Shown here in pieces: positions 8,474 through 16,385 of a stretch of DNA of 64,000 nt. The notes beneath the pieces were generated by a model. That model was not told the DNA's origin, did not search any database, and saw nothing but the letters and a program-made list of their open reading frames with translations. The first letter of the stretch is position 1. Each line of letters starts with the position of its first letter. Source of the stretch: Candidatus Cryptobacteroides sp. (lineage in GTDB: Bacteria; Bacteroidota; Bacteroidia; Bacteroidales; UBA932); assembly GCA_045599225.1 (NCBI GenBank), contig JAZRVN010000030.1, forward strand, positions 42,035-106,034, written 5' to 3'. Position numbers and translations under genes: made by a program.

Positions 8474-8623
8474 TTATGGAAGCAACTGATGAGCAGCGTG
8501 CCAAGTATGAGATAGGACTTGAGGGAGATGACATACAGTCAATTCGATGATGGGGAACTCGATGCTGTCTCCAATTTCCAAGTGGTAGAGCTTGTCTGCT
8601 AACGAACCTTGTCTAGTTGCCAT
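8474..8623 (-). CDS. Small hypothetical ORF (49 aa), possibly a gene remnant
   Basis: Hand translation gives MATRQGSLADKLYHLEIGDSIEFPIIELTVCHLPQVLSHTWHAAHQLLP. It is below the ORF-track cutoff, diverges from the XRE gene, and has no recognisable family. Confidence 0.25.
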   Translation of the reverse strand: MATRQGSLADKLYHLEIGDSIEFPIIELTVCHLPQVLSHTWHAAHQLLP

Positions 8624-8660
8624 TTCAAATAATTTTATTAACTTCAACTGCAAATGTAAA

Positions 8661-8673
8661 CTGTTCTGAACAG
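8661..8673. promoter_or_regulatory. Candidate operator palindrome CTGTTC-T-GAACAG in the divergent XRE promoter region
   Basis: Perfect 6+1+6 inverted repeat. Extra GAACA half-sites lie at 8689-8693 and 8721-8725, all within 85 nt upstream of the XRE start. Confidence 0.4.
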
Positions 8674-8741
8674 AAATGCAAGTTTATTGAACATTTTTTG
8701 AAAATAACTTTCAGTTTGCTGAACAATAATAGTGTAACTAT

Positions 8742-9086
8742 ATGAATATAAATAAGTTGATTAAATTGGTAGAAGCTAGCGAACTGAACAAGTCGCAAAT
8801 AGCATCAAGATGCGGAATTTCGCGAACAACATTAGACAATTTTCTAAACGGAGCAGATGTAAAACTGAGTACCGTTGAGGCATTAACAAATGTCTTGGGA
8901 ATTCATATTCACGAATTATATGATGAAAATATCCCATCAGCTAAAGCCATTGCAAATGGTAAACATTTTATTGCAGCCGTAAATAGCGAGGTGAACGGCA
9001 ACAAGGCCCTGGAGGAGAAAGTGCAGTTGTTAGAGCAGTTACTAAACGAGAAAGAACGAACGATCCAAATATTGATGAACAAATGA
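8742..9086 (+). CDS. XRE-family helix-turn-helix regulator with C-terminal coiled coil
   Basis: The HTH is SQIASRCGISRTTLDNFLNGADVKLSTVEAL. A heptad-like tail follows (LEEKVQLLEQLLNEKERTIQIL). About 38% GC. Confidence 0.8.
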   Translation: MNINKLIKLVEASELNKSQIASRCGISRTTLDNFLNGADVKLSTVEALTNVLGIHIHELYDENIPSAKAIANGKHFIAAVNSEVNGNKALEEKVQLLEQLLNEKERTIQILMNK

Positions 9087-9108
9087 GAAATAAATAATTA
9101 ACTTTGCG

Positions 9109-9489
9109 ATGAAAAGACAGATGGCAGATTACATTAAATTATCCGGTAGTTTTGTTGACGTCGGTCTCAGTGTGTTCCGCACTGAGGAGGACGGGAGGAA
9201 GATAGTATACTCCCCGTCACTGAATATCGTAGGGTATGGTAAGACTACCGAGGAGGCGGACAGCGATTTTGACTTTTGTCTCAAGGAGTTCATCAGCCGA
9301 GCAGTCCAGGAAGGATATCTGGACAGAGAGATGAAGAAGCTGGGCTGGATGAAGAATAGCCGGGAGTCCGAGAATTACCTTCTGTCTCCTTCCCTTCTGG
9401 AGATTCTTCCGAAGGACGAGATATTCCAGGACATATTCAACAATTGCGCTTACGACAAGTCGAACCGTTTGCTTTCATATTGCTTATAA
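9109..9489 (+). CDS. HicB-like (UPF0150 fold) antitoxin-like protein, paralog 1
   Basis: EDGRKIVYSPSLNIVGYGKTTEEADSDFDFCLKEFI fits the HicB N-domain pattern (E-G-x-V-x-P-x-L-x-G-x-G-x-T-x-EEA). No DNA-binding domain is evident. Confidence 0.55.
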   Translation: MKRQMADYIKLSGSFVDVGLSVFRTEEDGRKIVYSPSLNIVGYGKTTEEADSDFDFCLKEFISRAVQEGYLDREMKKLGWMKNSRESENYLLSPSLLEILPKDEIFQDIFNNCAYDKSNRLLSYCL

Positions 9490-9495
9490 TCCAAG

Positions 9496-9729
9496 ATGAA
9501 GAAGTTGAGCAATGTGACGCGGAAGGAGTTCGAGGGATTTCTTCTGAGCAGGGGCTACAGCCTCGACAGGATAAGCGGCGGACACGCGGTTTGGACCAAA
9601 CCGGGAGTACGGAGCATTGTGCTTCAAACACACAAGGAGCCTATCCCCATGTTCGTCATAAAGAGCAACCTTATGAGTATGGATGTCTCCACAAAAGATT
9701 TTCTGTGGTTTCTGAATAACGGAGAATAA
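9496..9729 (+). CDS. HicA-like toxin (YcfA/HicA mRNA-interferase fold)
   Basis: 77 aa. KEFEGFLLSRGYSLDRISGGHAVWTKPG..IVLQTHKEPIPMFVIKSNL resembles the HicA pattern (xxLxxxGxxxxRxxGSHxxxxxP...). Confidence 0.6.
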   Translation: MKKLSNVTRKEFEGFLLSRGYSLDRISGGHAVWTKPGVRSIVLQTHKEPIPMFVIKSNLMSMDVSTKDFLWFLNNGE

Positions 9730-9745
9730 GTTCAATGAATTTGCT

Positions 9746-10051
9746 ATGATAGGGAAAGTAAAAGGTAAAGTGCGGAGCAAGGCAGGAGACATAATTGTAA
9801 GTCTCGACATAATCAGTTATCTGGAGGGCGGATGCAGGATAATCTATTGTCCTGCGCTGGAGTTGTCCGGATACGGGAGGACGAAGTCTGCGGCAGAGGA
9901 GTCGTTCAAGATTACCCTGAGTGAGTTCCTGGACTACGCGCTGGAAAAAGGGACGCTGCCGGAAGTTATGCGTGGGCTCGGCTGGAGTGGAGCAGCCTCT
10001 AATTGTCCCCACATTGTCCCCACCGAAAAAACGGAGATTGTAAATAATTGA
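9746..10051 (+). CDS. HicB-like antitoxin-like protein, paralog 2
   Basis: GGCRIIYCPALELSGYGRTKSAAEESFKITLSEFLDYALEKGTLPEVMRGLGW aligns by eye with the 9109 protein (..RKIVYSPSLNIVGYGKTTEEADSDFDFCLKEFISRAVQEGYLDREMKKLGW). Confidence 0.55.
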   Translation: MIGKVKGKVRSKAGDIIVSLDIISYLEGGCRIIYCPALELSGYGRTKSAAEESFKITLSEFLDYALEKGTLPEVMRGLGWSGAASNCPHIVPTEKTEIVNN

Positions 10052-10076
10052 TTATTTGGGGAATACGCAGGTACTT

Positions 10077-11486
10077 ATGTTCAAGAAAGAAACCTATATG
10101 GCTCGCAGAGCCGCCCTGATGCAGAAAATGCAGGGACAGAAAGGCATAATGCTTTTCCTTGGGAACGTGGATTCCCCGGCACAGTATTGTGACAACGCAT
10201 ACAAATGGAGGCAGGACGGAACCTGGCTCTACTACTTCGGCATAGACGAACCGGCGCTCGCCGCAACAATAAATCTCGAAACCGGAGAAGAGACCCTCTT
10301 CGGCAACGACTTCGACCTGGACGACATTATATGGACCGGTCCTATGCCCTCGGTTAAGGAGCTGGCCCAAAGTACCGGAATCAAAAAAACCGCCCCGTAC
10401 AGCGCACTGGAACAGGCCATAAAAGGAAAGTGCATCCACTTTCTTCCCGCCAGCCGCCACTATAACGCACAGCTGATAGCCAAACTCACCGGCCTGAATC
10501 CCACTGACGTAATTTCCAACGGCAAGGCAGGCTGCGTTCACGCCTCGGCGCCAATGCTCGCCGCAACAATAGAGATGCGCCTGATTAAAAGCCGGGAAGA
10601 AATCGACCTTATAGACAAGGCCTGCGACCTGGGCTACGAGATGCACACCGCCGCCCGAAAAGGCATAAAACCCGGCAGGATAGAGCAGCTCATAGTGGGG
10701 GAGATGGAAGGTATCGTACTTGGCAAAGGCTGGGGTATGAGCTTCCCCACCATCCTCACCCAACACGGAGAAATCTTTCACTGTCATTCCCACGATCTCC
10801 CCATAGAGCCGGGAAAACTGATGGTTATCGATGCCGGAGCCGAAATCAATGAGCACTATTGCTCCGACTTTACCCGTACCTACCCCACCTCGGGCAAGTT
10901 TTCTCCGAAACAACGGGACATATATCAAACCGTGTATGACTGCAACGAACTGGCCTTCAGCCTCACAAAACCGGGCGTGGCATACCGCGACGTTCATCTG
11001 GCAGTAAACCGGCTCATCCTGGAAAGAATGCAAACTCTGGGACTGATTCTCCCCGGGAATTTGGACGATATGGTTGCCGACGGCCTGTGCGGGATTTTCC
11101 TTCCCCACGGTCTGGGGCACAATATGGGGCTTGAATGCCACGATATGGAAGACTACGGAGAGAATCTTGTAGGCTACGACTCCCACCAGCAGCGCTCCGG
11201 TCAACTGGGGCTGGGCAGCCTCAGAATGGCGCGCACCCTAAAACCCGGGAACGTAATCACCGACGAGCCCGGCATTTACTTCATCCCTGCCCTCATAGAG
11301 CAGTGGAAGGCCGACGGAATAGGCAAAAACGCCATCAACTATCCTAAACTTACTGAATACTACGACTTTGGAGGAATACGCATCGAAGATGATATCCTGG
11401 TAACGGCCGATGGTGCCCGCCGGCTCGGAAACCGGCGTCTTCCCGCATCTCCCGACGAAGTCGAAACCGCTATGGCCAACGACTGA
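10077..11486 (+). CDS. Xaa-Pro aminopeptidase (M24B family)
   Basis: Pita-bread-fold metal-ligand contexts are present (VIDAGAEINEHYCSDFTRT, HGLGHNMGLECHD, ITDEPGIY, IRIEDD). I placed the first ATG at 10077; the ORF-track start at 10056 is a non-ATG codon. Confidence 0.85.
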   Translation: MFKKETYMARRAALMQKMQGQKGIMLFLGNVDSPAQYCDNAYKWRQDGTWLYYFGIDEPALAATINLETGEETLFGNDFDLDDIIWTGPMPSVKELAQSTGIKKTAPYSALEQAIKGKCIHFLPASRHYNAQLIAKLTGLNPTDVISNGKAGCVHASAPMLAATIEMRLIKSREEIDLIDKACDLGYEMHTAARKGIKPGRIEQLIVGEMEGIVLGKGWGMSFPTILTQHGEIFHCHSHDLPIEPGKLMVIDAGAEINEHYCSDFTRTYPTSGKFSPKQRDIYQTVYDCNELAFSLTKPGVAYRDVHLAVNRLILERMQTLGLILPGNLDDMVADGLCGIFLPHGLGHNMGLECHDMEDYGENLVGYDSHQQRSGQLGLGSLRMARTLKPGNVITDEPGIYFIPALIEQWKADGIGKNAINYPKLTEYYDFGGIRIEDDILVTADGARRLGNRRLPASPDEVETAMAND

Positions 11487-11508
11487 GGCCTTTAACGACA
11501 TATAAACT

Positions 11509-12240
11509 ATGAAAACTTCTTCTTTCCTGAAGGAGGCTGCCGACTCGGTGGCCGACCTCGTGTCTCCCCGCAATTGCATCGCCTGCGGCAGAGACCTGTA
11601 CCGCATCGAAGACGAACTGTGCATCCCGTGCCTGTGCGATTTTCCCCTGACCCGCTACGAAAAGATTTCCAGAAACCCTATGGCTGACAAGCTGAATTCT
11701 TTCATAGAGAAGGGACCGTACCTGTACGCCACCGCTTTGTTCTTTCATCTGAACGCATATTCTTCCATTACCCCGGCCATTAAATACCGACGCAACTTTG
11801 CAGCAGGCCGTTATTTTTCTTCAATGCTCGGGGAAAAGATTCTTGAGTCGGAGTACCTTCGGGACATCGACTGCATCGTTCCCGTTCCGCTGCACCCTTT
11901 CCGAAAACTCAAAAGAGGGTATAACCAGGCCGAAGTAATAGCCCGGGAGGTGGGGAAGATGCTTCCGTGGGCCGAAGTGCGATGCGACCTTCTCCGAAAA
12001 CGAAAGAGGACTTCTTCGCAGGTGAAACTCAACAGGGAGCAACGTTACCTCAACATTAAGGATGCTTTTGCAGCAACTTCAAAATGCCGGGATGCCCACT
12101 ATTCGCACATTCTGCTTGTCGACGACGTCTTTACCACCGGAAGTACGCTTGCATCTTGCTGCAACGCACTTAAAAAGGCACTCCCAAATGGAAGCGCCCG
12201 TATTTCTGTTGCGACTCTGTCTTTCGACGAGCAGATGTAA
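11509..12240 (+). CDS. ComF-family phosphoribosyltransferase-domain protein
   Basis: An N-terminal Cys pair pattern (CIACG..CIPC) plus the PRTase motif ILLVDDVFTTGST. Confidence 0.8.
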   Translation: MKTSSFLKEAADSVADLVSPRNCIACGRDLYRIEDELCIPCLCDFPLTRYEKISRNPMADKLNSFIEKGPYLYATALFFHLNAYSSITPAIKYRRNFAAGRYFSSMLGEKILESEYLRDIDCIVPVPLHPFRKLKRGYNQAEVIAREVGKMLPWAEVRCDLLRKRKRTSSQVKLNREQRYLNIKDAFAATSKCRDAHYSHILLVDDVFTTGSTLASCCNALKKALPNGSARISVATLSFDEQM

Positions 12241-12253
12241 CCCCTCACCCCTC

Positions 12254-13240
12254 CTACCAGGTAAAATCGAAATAGTAGAGGAGCCCGGCACGGAAGTCCC
12301 AGCACCCGTAATTGGTGTTGTAGGCTCCTGTCAATGTAACCTTCAGGTTTTCAATAGGGCAGATATGTGCCTTTACACCTGCAAGCCAGGAGTTCTCCAG
12401 TTCAGGGTCGCCCTTGGGAGCCAGTATGCGGCTTCCGGTAAGGGCAATGTCGGCCTTGCCGTCGAAATCGTAGGCAAGTTCTCCGCGAAAAGTATGTCCC
12501 TTGGCAAGGAATCCGCTTTCGGGGTCGGGGTAACTGGTGTTAAACCAATCGAAAGTAGCCGAGAATCCTCCGAAAGTCAGTTTCTGTCCCAATGTAACGA
12601 GCAGTTCGTATTTTCCTTTTTCCGTAGCTGCGGCACTCACTCCCCAGATTGTCGAAAGAGGGCCGTAATTTCCTCTCCAGAGTCCGGTAAAGGCAAGAAG
12701 GCCGTCGGCAAACGTCCTTTTTCCGAACGGAGAAGATGTAACGGCAAAAGAAAGGTCGGTATTTTCAGATTCGCTTATCCAGCCTATCTTGCCTCCCCAC
12801 TGTGTGCAAACCATATCCGAGCAAAACGGTGAAAGCTGGTCGAAATCGAAATCATAGTCGTAGGGGTCATTCTCAAAACCTCCGATACCAAGATAATCCT
12901 TTCCTACCGATACATAAAAATTGCTGAAACTGAAATCAAGGGCAAAAGTAGGAAGGAAGTTTGCCGCATAAGGGCGGAACCAATTGCTGTAAAGGTCCTT
13001 CGGTGCCGGGTTAACCCAAAGATTGAGCATACGGAACGTCAGTGATGGTGTAAAGTTGTATTCCAGCTGGGTGTACAAACCACTGTTTCCCCAATCCAAC
13101 TCCGGTTTTTCTCCCTCGTAGAAATTGGCGCCAACGTCAAATCTGGGAATCACCTTGAGCGACCCCTTGTAATCGTCTTCCTGAGACCAGGCGCAAATGC
13201 TGCACAATGCAATCAACAGCAAGGCAATGGATTTCTTCAT
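12254..13240 (-). CDS. Putative outer-membrane beta-barrel protein (hypothetical)
   Basis: Signal peptide MKKSIALLLIALCSICAWSQ, alternating amphipathic segments, and an aromatic C-terminus (YYFDFTW). Confidence 0.5.
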   Translation of the reverse strand: MKKSIALLLIALCSICAWSQEDDYKGSLKVIPRFDVGANFYEGEKPELDWGNSGLYTQLEYNFTPSLTFRMLNLWVNPAPKDLYSNWFRPYAANFLPTFALDFSFSNFYVSVGKDYLGIGGFENDPYDYDFDFDQLSPFCSDMVCTQWGGKIGWISESENTDLSFAVTSSPFGKRTFADGLLAFTGLWRGNYGPLSTIWGVSAAATEKGKYELLVTLGQKLTFGGFSATFDWFNTSYPDPESGFLAKGHTFRGELAYDFDGKADIALTGSRILAPKGDPELENSWLAGVKAHICPIENLKVTLTGAYNTNYGCWDFRAGLLYYFDFTW

Positions 13241-13316
13241 TTTCTCCTATAATTTTCAATTAAACAATGCGCAAAGATAGAATAATTTTCACTTTGTTGC
13301 CGCCGTTTCCCGGATA

Positions 13317-16300
13317 TCATTTGATAATTTTAACGTTAACAGGACCAAGAAGTCCCGAAGTCTGAAGTTCCGACCCGGCCTTCCAAGGAGAAATGTTGGT
13401 CCAGGTCTTTCTCTGTTCTTCGGGAAGGCTGTCATCTCCTATCAGACGATTTCTCCAATTGTTCCACACATCTACCTCAACGGTATTCTCTCCCTCGCGC
13501 ACCAAGCCTGTTATATCCACAATATACGGAGCTGTCCAAACTCCCCCGGCATATTTTCCGTTGAGGCGCACCTTCCCCATTACCATAACCTGGCCGAGGT
13601 CGAGCAGAACCCTGTCTGCCCCAGCCGATTCTGTATCCAAACTGAAACTGCCTCTGTACGTGGCTTTGCCCGAATAGTATTTTATTTCCGGTTCCGGGCT
13701 CTCGCTCCAGTCCCCGAGGCTCACCATTTCGGTTTCAAAAGCGGCGTTCCCGCAAGATTCGCTGAAATTGACCTTCCAGGGGCCTCCCACGCTTACGGTT
13801 TTTGCTGTCGGCATTGAAACAGCCCTGTCTGAAAAATCTTTTCCGAATACCACGAACACGCTCTGGAGGCTGTCCAGACTCATATCTATATTGCACCCGT
13901 TTTCATCCTGAGTCCAGCAAACGGGTTCGCAGTGTCCGTCTACGGGATACCAGAGTTCCGGGACAAGTCCTTCATCAACCCTGAAAGATGCCTTGAAACC
14001 GGCCTTCGCCTCCCTTTGGTTAGCTACAAAGTAGATATCCCCTTCCCTACCCAGACTGCGATGTATGAACGAAACTTTGCCGTCGGAAGGAACTGTGGTC
14101 GTGAAATCGGGAATAATGCCCAAATCGGCGAAAATCTTTTCCATCGCCGTTCCCTTATCGTAAACGCGGCCTCTGCCGTAATGCCCGCTTCCGTTCCATA
14201 TTGCCGCAGCAACCGTCTTCACTTCTTCGTCGGCAGCGGGATAATTCTGCAGGCTCGGAGACTTCTCGGGCGCAGGTCCTGTTATGGTAAGGCCTTCCTG
14301 AACCATCTTCCCTATACACTTAAGCACTTCGGGCCTCATAGTATTCTGCTCCGGCAGCACCAGAACGGCATATTCCATTCCGCTGTCCAGCACAAGCCTT
14401 CCGTCTTTCACTCTGCTGTGCCTGAGCAGCACTTCGGCATTTATATAATCGAAGGAATACCCTTGAGGCAGCGGAGGATTGCACACGCCCGTCATCTTGG
14501 GGGCATCCTCGCCAATAAAATAGGCTGCGTCGGCTATATAACGGCCCTGCTGCAGCATCAGATTGCACCTCTTAAGGTACTGAATAAACAAATCGAGGGC
14601 TTCGAACCAGGTATTGTTCCTGTTGAATTCGTTACCGAACCACGCATCCAATCCGGGCTTTCTGTCGTCGGGCTGCTGAATGAACAGGTGCAGCAGCGTT
14701 GCATTGATTCCTTCGCAGAAGAACCGGTCCACCCTTTCCTTCATAAGTCGGGGATAGCGGCTGTACTGAGGCGAACCGGCAGTGCAGGACTCGGCCCAAA
14801 CCTTATTCTTTCCGTAGATATGTCCACACGACGACGCAGCCCTGTTCTCAATGTCGCCCAAATCTCCCTCGCTCCAGAATTCACCGGCAATCTGGTCGGA
14901 CTGTCCCCCGTACATAAGGAATTCGGAAGGGAAACCCCAATGTCCGTAAGTCTCGAGCCAGGTTTCCATTCCGTACCGATGGCAGATGTCCCGCAGACCC
15001 CCGACATAGTCGTATGCTACTCTGTCGGCAATCAGACGCCTCAAATCCCAGAGGAAACGCTCGGAGCGGTCGGCACTGCCTACCGTAATGCCGGCGATTG
15101 CCGGAAGGTAAGGAACGGGGTCATAGCCGTATCTCTCGCAGAAGACTTCCTCCATATCATCGGTCCAGTTAAGACCTCCGGTTTCGTAACTGTCCTGCAC
15201 CACAACCGTCCAAGTCCTCCGGTCTCGGGCGGGGATTCTGTTTATCAACTTGCCCACAAAAGCATTGAAGTGGGTTTCGATATGCTTGCGGCTCATCTTG
15301 TCTACCTCAAGTCCGGTGCCCTCCGGAACGGCAGGAGCATTGGTAACGCCGGTAGTTTCCATATAGAATGTCACAACCCTGTAACTGTCGGGGATGTTGG
15401 GGCTCCGCAGGCCTTTGAGAATCCCTTCGGTAAGGTCTATCACCGACGCTGGATCCACCACCTTGCTCTTGTCAGAACACTCGCCCGGCGCTGTCCACAT
15501 ATAGTGGTCCCACATAGGAAGCGGGTCCTGGAACATTTTCACAAGGGTTTTCTCGGGCCATTTTTCAATTTCCGGAATATCGCTCACAGCAACCTCGAAG
15601 TCAACGTCATCGGGATTGTAATATTTCCCAATCTCTACGGTATATTTCCTTGCCAGAGTTTCCGGCAGATTTATCACGACAGGAGCAAGAGGATCAAAAC
15701 CAACGTTAAGGTCGGTTCTGTGACGGTCGAAGTAAAATTCCCGAATTACGGCTCCGTCGGCCAGCACCCTCATCACCCTGTCGGTGCGCGCCGAGGCCTT
15801 TACCGAAACGGTTCTGGCTACAAACCCTTCAGGAGCGGCAAATTCCGCCTTGCAGGCCTTCCCTTCAGGAGACGTTACCTGCGCACGGAGAACGGTACCT
15901 TCAATAGGAGGCATTGCCAGAACCTTCACTATTTTGTTGTCGGTGATGTCGAACGGATACCCTTCCTTCATCACAAGACGCCTCATACTTTCCTCTTCCT
16001 TCACCCACGGACCTCCCGACTGGCTCCAGCCGGGACAATTGAAAATTCCTATCTCTATTCCCAGGTCCGCGGCGGTTTTCAGCGCCGTGTGGGTAATGTC
16101 CATCCATTGGTCCGACCCCAGCTTAATATCCCCGTACGGGATATCGTCTGCCTGTTGATTGCCTATGTATGCACGGTTTATCCCAACCTCTTTCATTGCC
16201 TCGAGGTCATTTACCACTCCCTCCTCGGAAATGTTGTCATTCATCCAGTACCAGTAAGCCGCTGTCTGAATAGTGTCGGGAATTTCCTTGAATCCATTCC

Positions 16301-16385
16301 TGAGCCTGCCCAGGGTATTTTCTCTGCAGCCGTTAGAGATTGCAAGCACCGCGAGCGCGGCGGCGATAGTTATGAATCTTTTCAT
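13317..16385 (-). CDS. Large glycoside hydrolase (GH106-like N-terminus, jelly-roll sugar-binding C-terminus)
   Basis: 1022 aa with a signal peptide. AAYWYWMNDNISEEGVVNDLEAMKEVGI is typical of the Bacteroides rhamnosidase-like family as I remember it. The C-terminal region is VRLNGKYAGGVWTAPYIVDIT..GENTVEVDVWN. Confidence 0.55.
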   Translation of the reverse strand: MKRFITIAAALAVLAISNGCRENTLGRLRNGFKEIPDTIQTAAYWYWMNDNISEEGVVNDLEAMKEVGINRAYIGNQQADDIPYGDIKLGSDQWMDITHTALKTAADLGIEIGIFNCPGWSQSGGPWVKEEESMRRLVMKEGYPFDITDNKIVKVLAMPPIEGTVLRAQVTSPEGKACKAEFAAPEGFVARTVSVKASARTDRVMRVLADGAVIREFYFDRHRTDLNVGFDPLAPVVINLPETLARKYTVEIGKYYNPDDVDFEVAVSDIPEIEKWPEKTLVKMFQDPLPMWDHYMWTAPGECSDKSKVVDPASVIDLTEGILKGLRSPNIPDSYRVVTFYMETTGVTNAPAVPEGTGLEVDKMSRKHIETHFNAFVGKLINRIPARDRRTWTVVVQDSYETGGLNWTDDMEEVFCERYGYDPVPYLPAIAGITVGSADRSERFLWDLRRLIADRVAYDYVGGLRDICHRYGMETWLETYGHWGFPSEFLMYGGQSDQIAGEFWSEGDLGDIENRAASSCGHIYGKNKVWAESCTAGSPQYSRYPRLMKERVDRFFCEGINATLLHLFIQQPDDRKPGLDAWFGNEFNRNNTWFEALDLFIQYLKRCNLMLQQGRYIADAAYFIGEDAPKMTGVCNPPLPQGYSFDYINAEVLLRHSRVKDGRLVLDSGMEYAVLVLPEQNTMRPEVLKCIGKMVQEGLTITGPAPEKSPSLQNYPAADEEVKTVAAAIWNGSGHYGRGRVYDKGTAMEKIFADLGIIPDFTTTVPSDGKVSFIHRSLGREGDIYFVANQREAKAGFKASFRVDEGLVPELWYPVDGHCEPVCWTQDENGCNIDMSLDSLQSVFVVFGKDFSDRAVSMPTAKTVSVGGPWKVNFSESCGNAAFETEMVSLGDWSESPEPEIKYYSGKATYRGSFSLDTESAGADRVLLDLGQVMVMGKVRLNGKYAGGVWTAPYIVDITGLVREGENTVEVDVWNNWRNRLIGDDSLPEEQRKTWTNISPWKAGSELQTSGLLGPVNVKIIK

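Noticed and set aside
9999-11204. 401-aa ORF on the minus strand
   Set aside because: It is antisense to the M24 aminopeptidase, whose metal-ligand motifs are clear. It is a shadow ORF.
12062-12832. 256-aa plus-strand ORF
   Set aside because: It begins inside comF out of frame and runs antisense through the outer-membrane-protein gene. No features are present.
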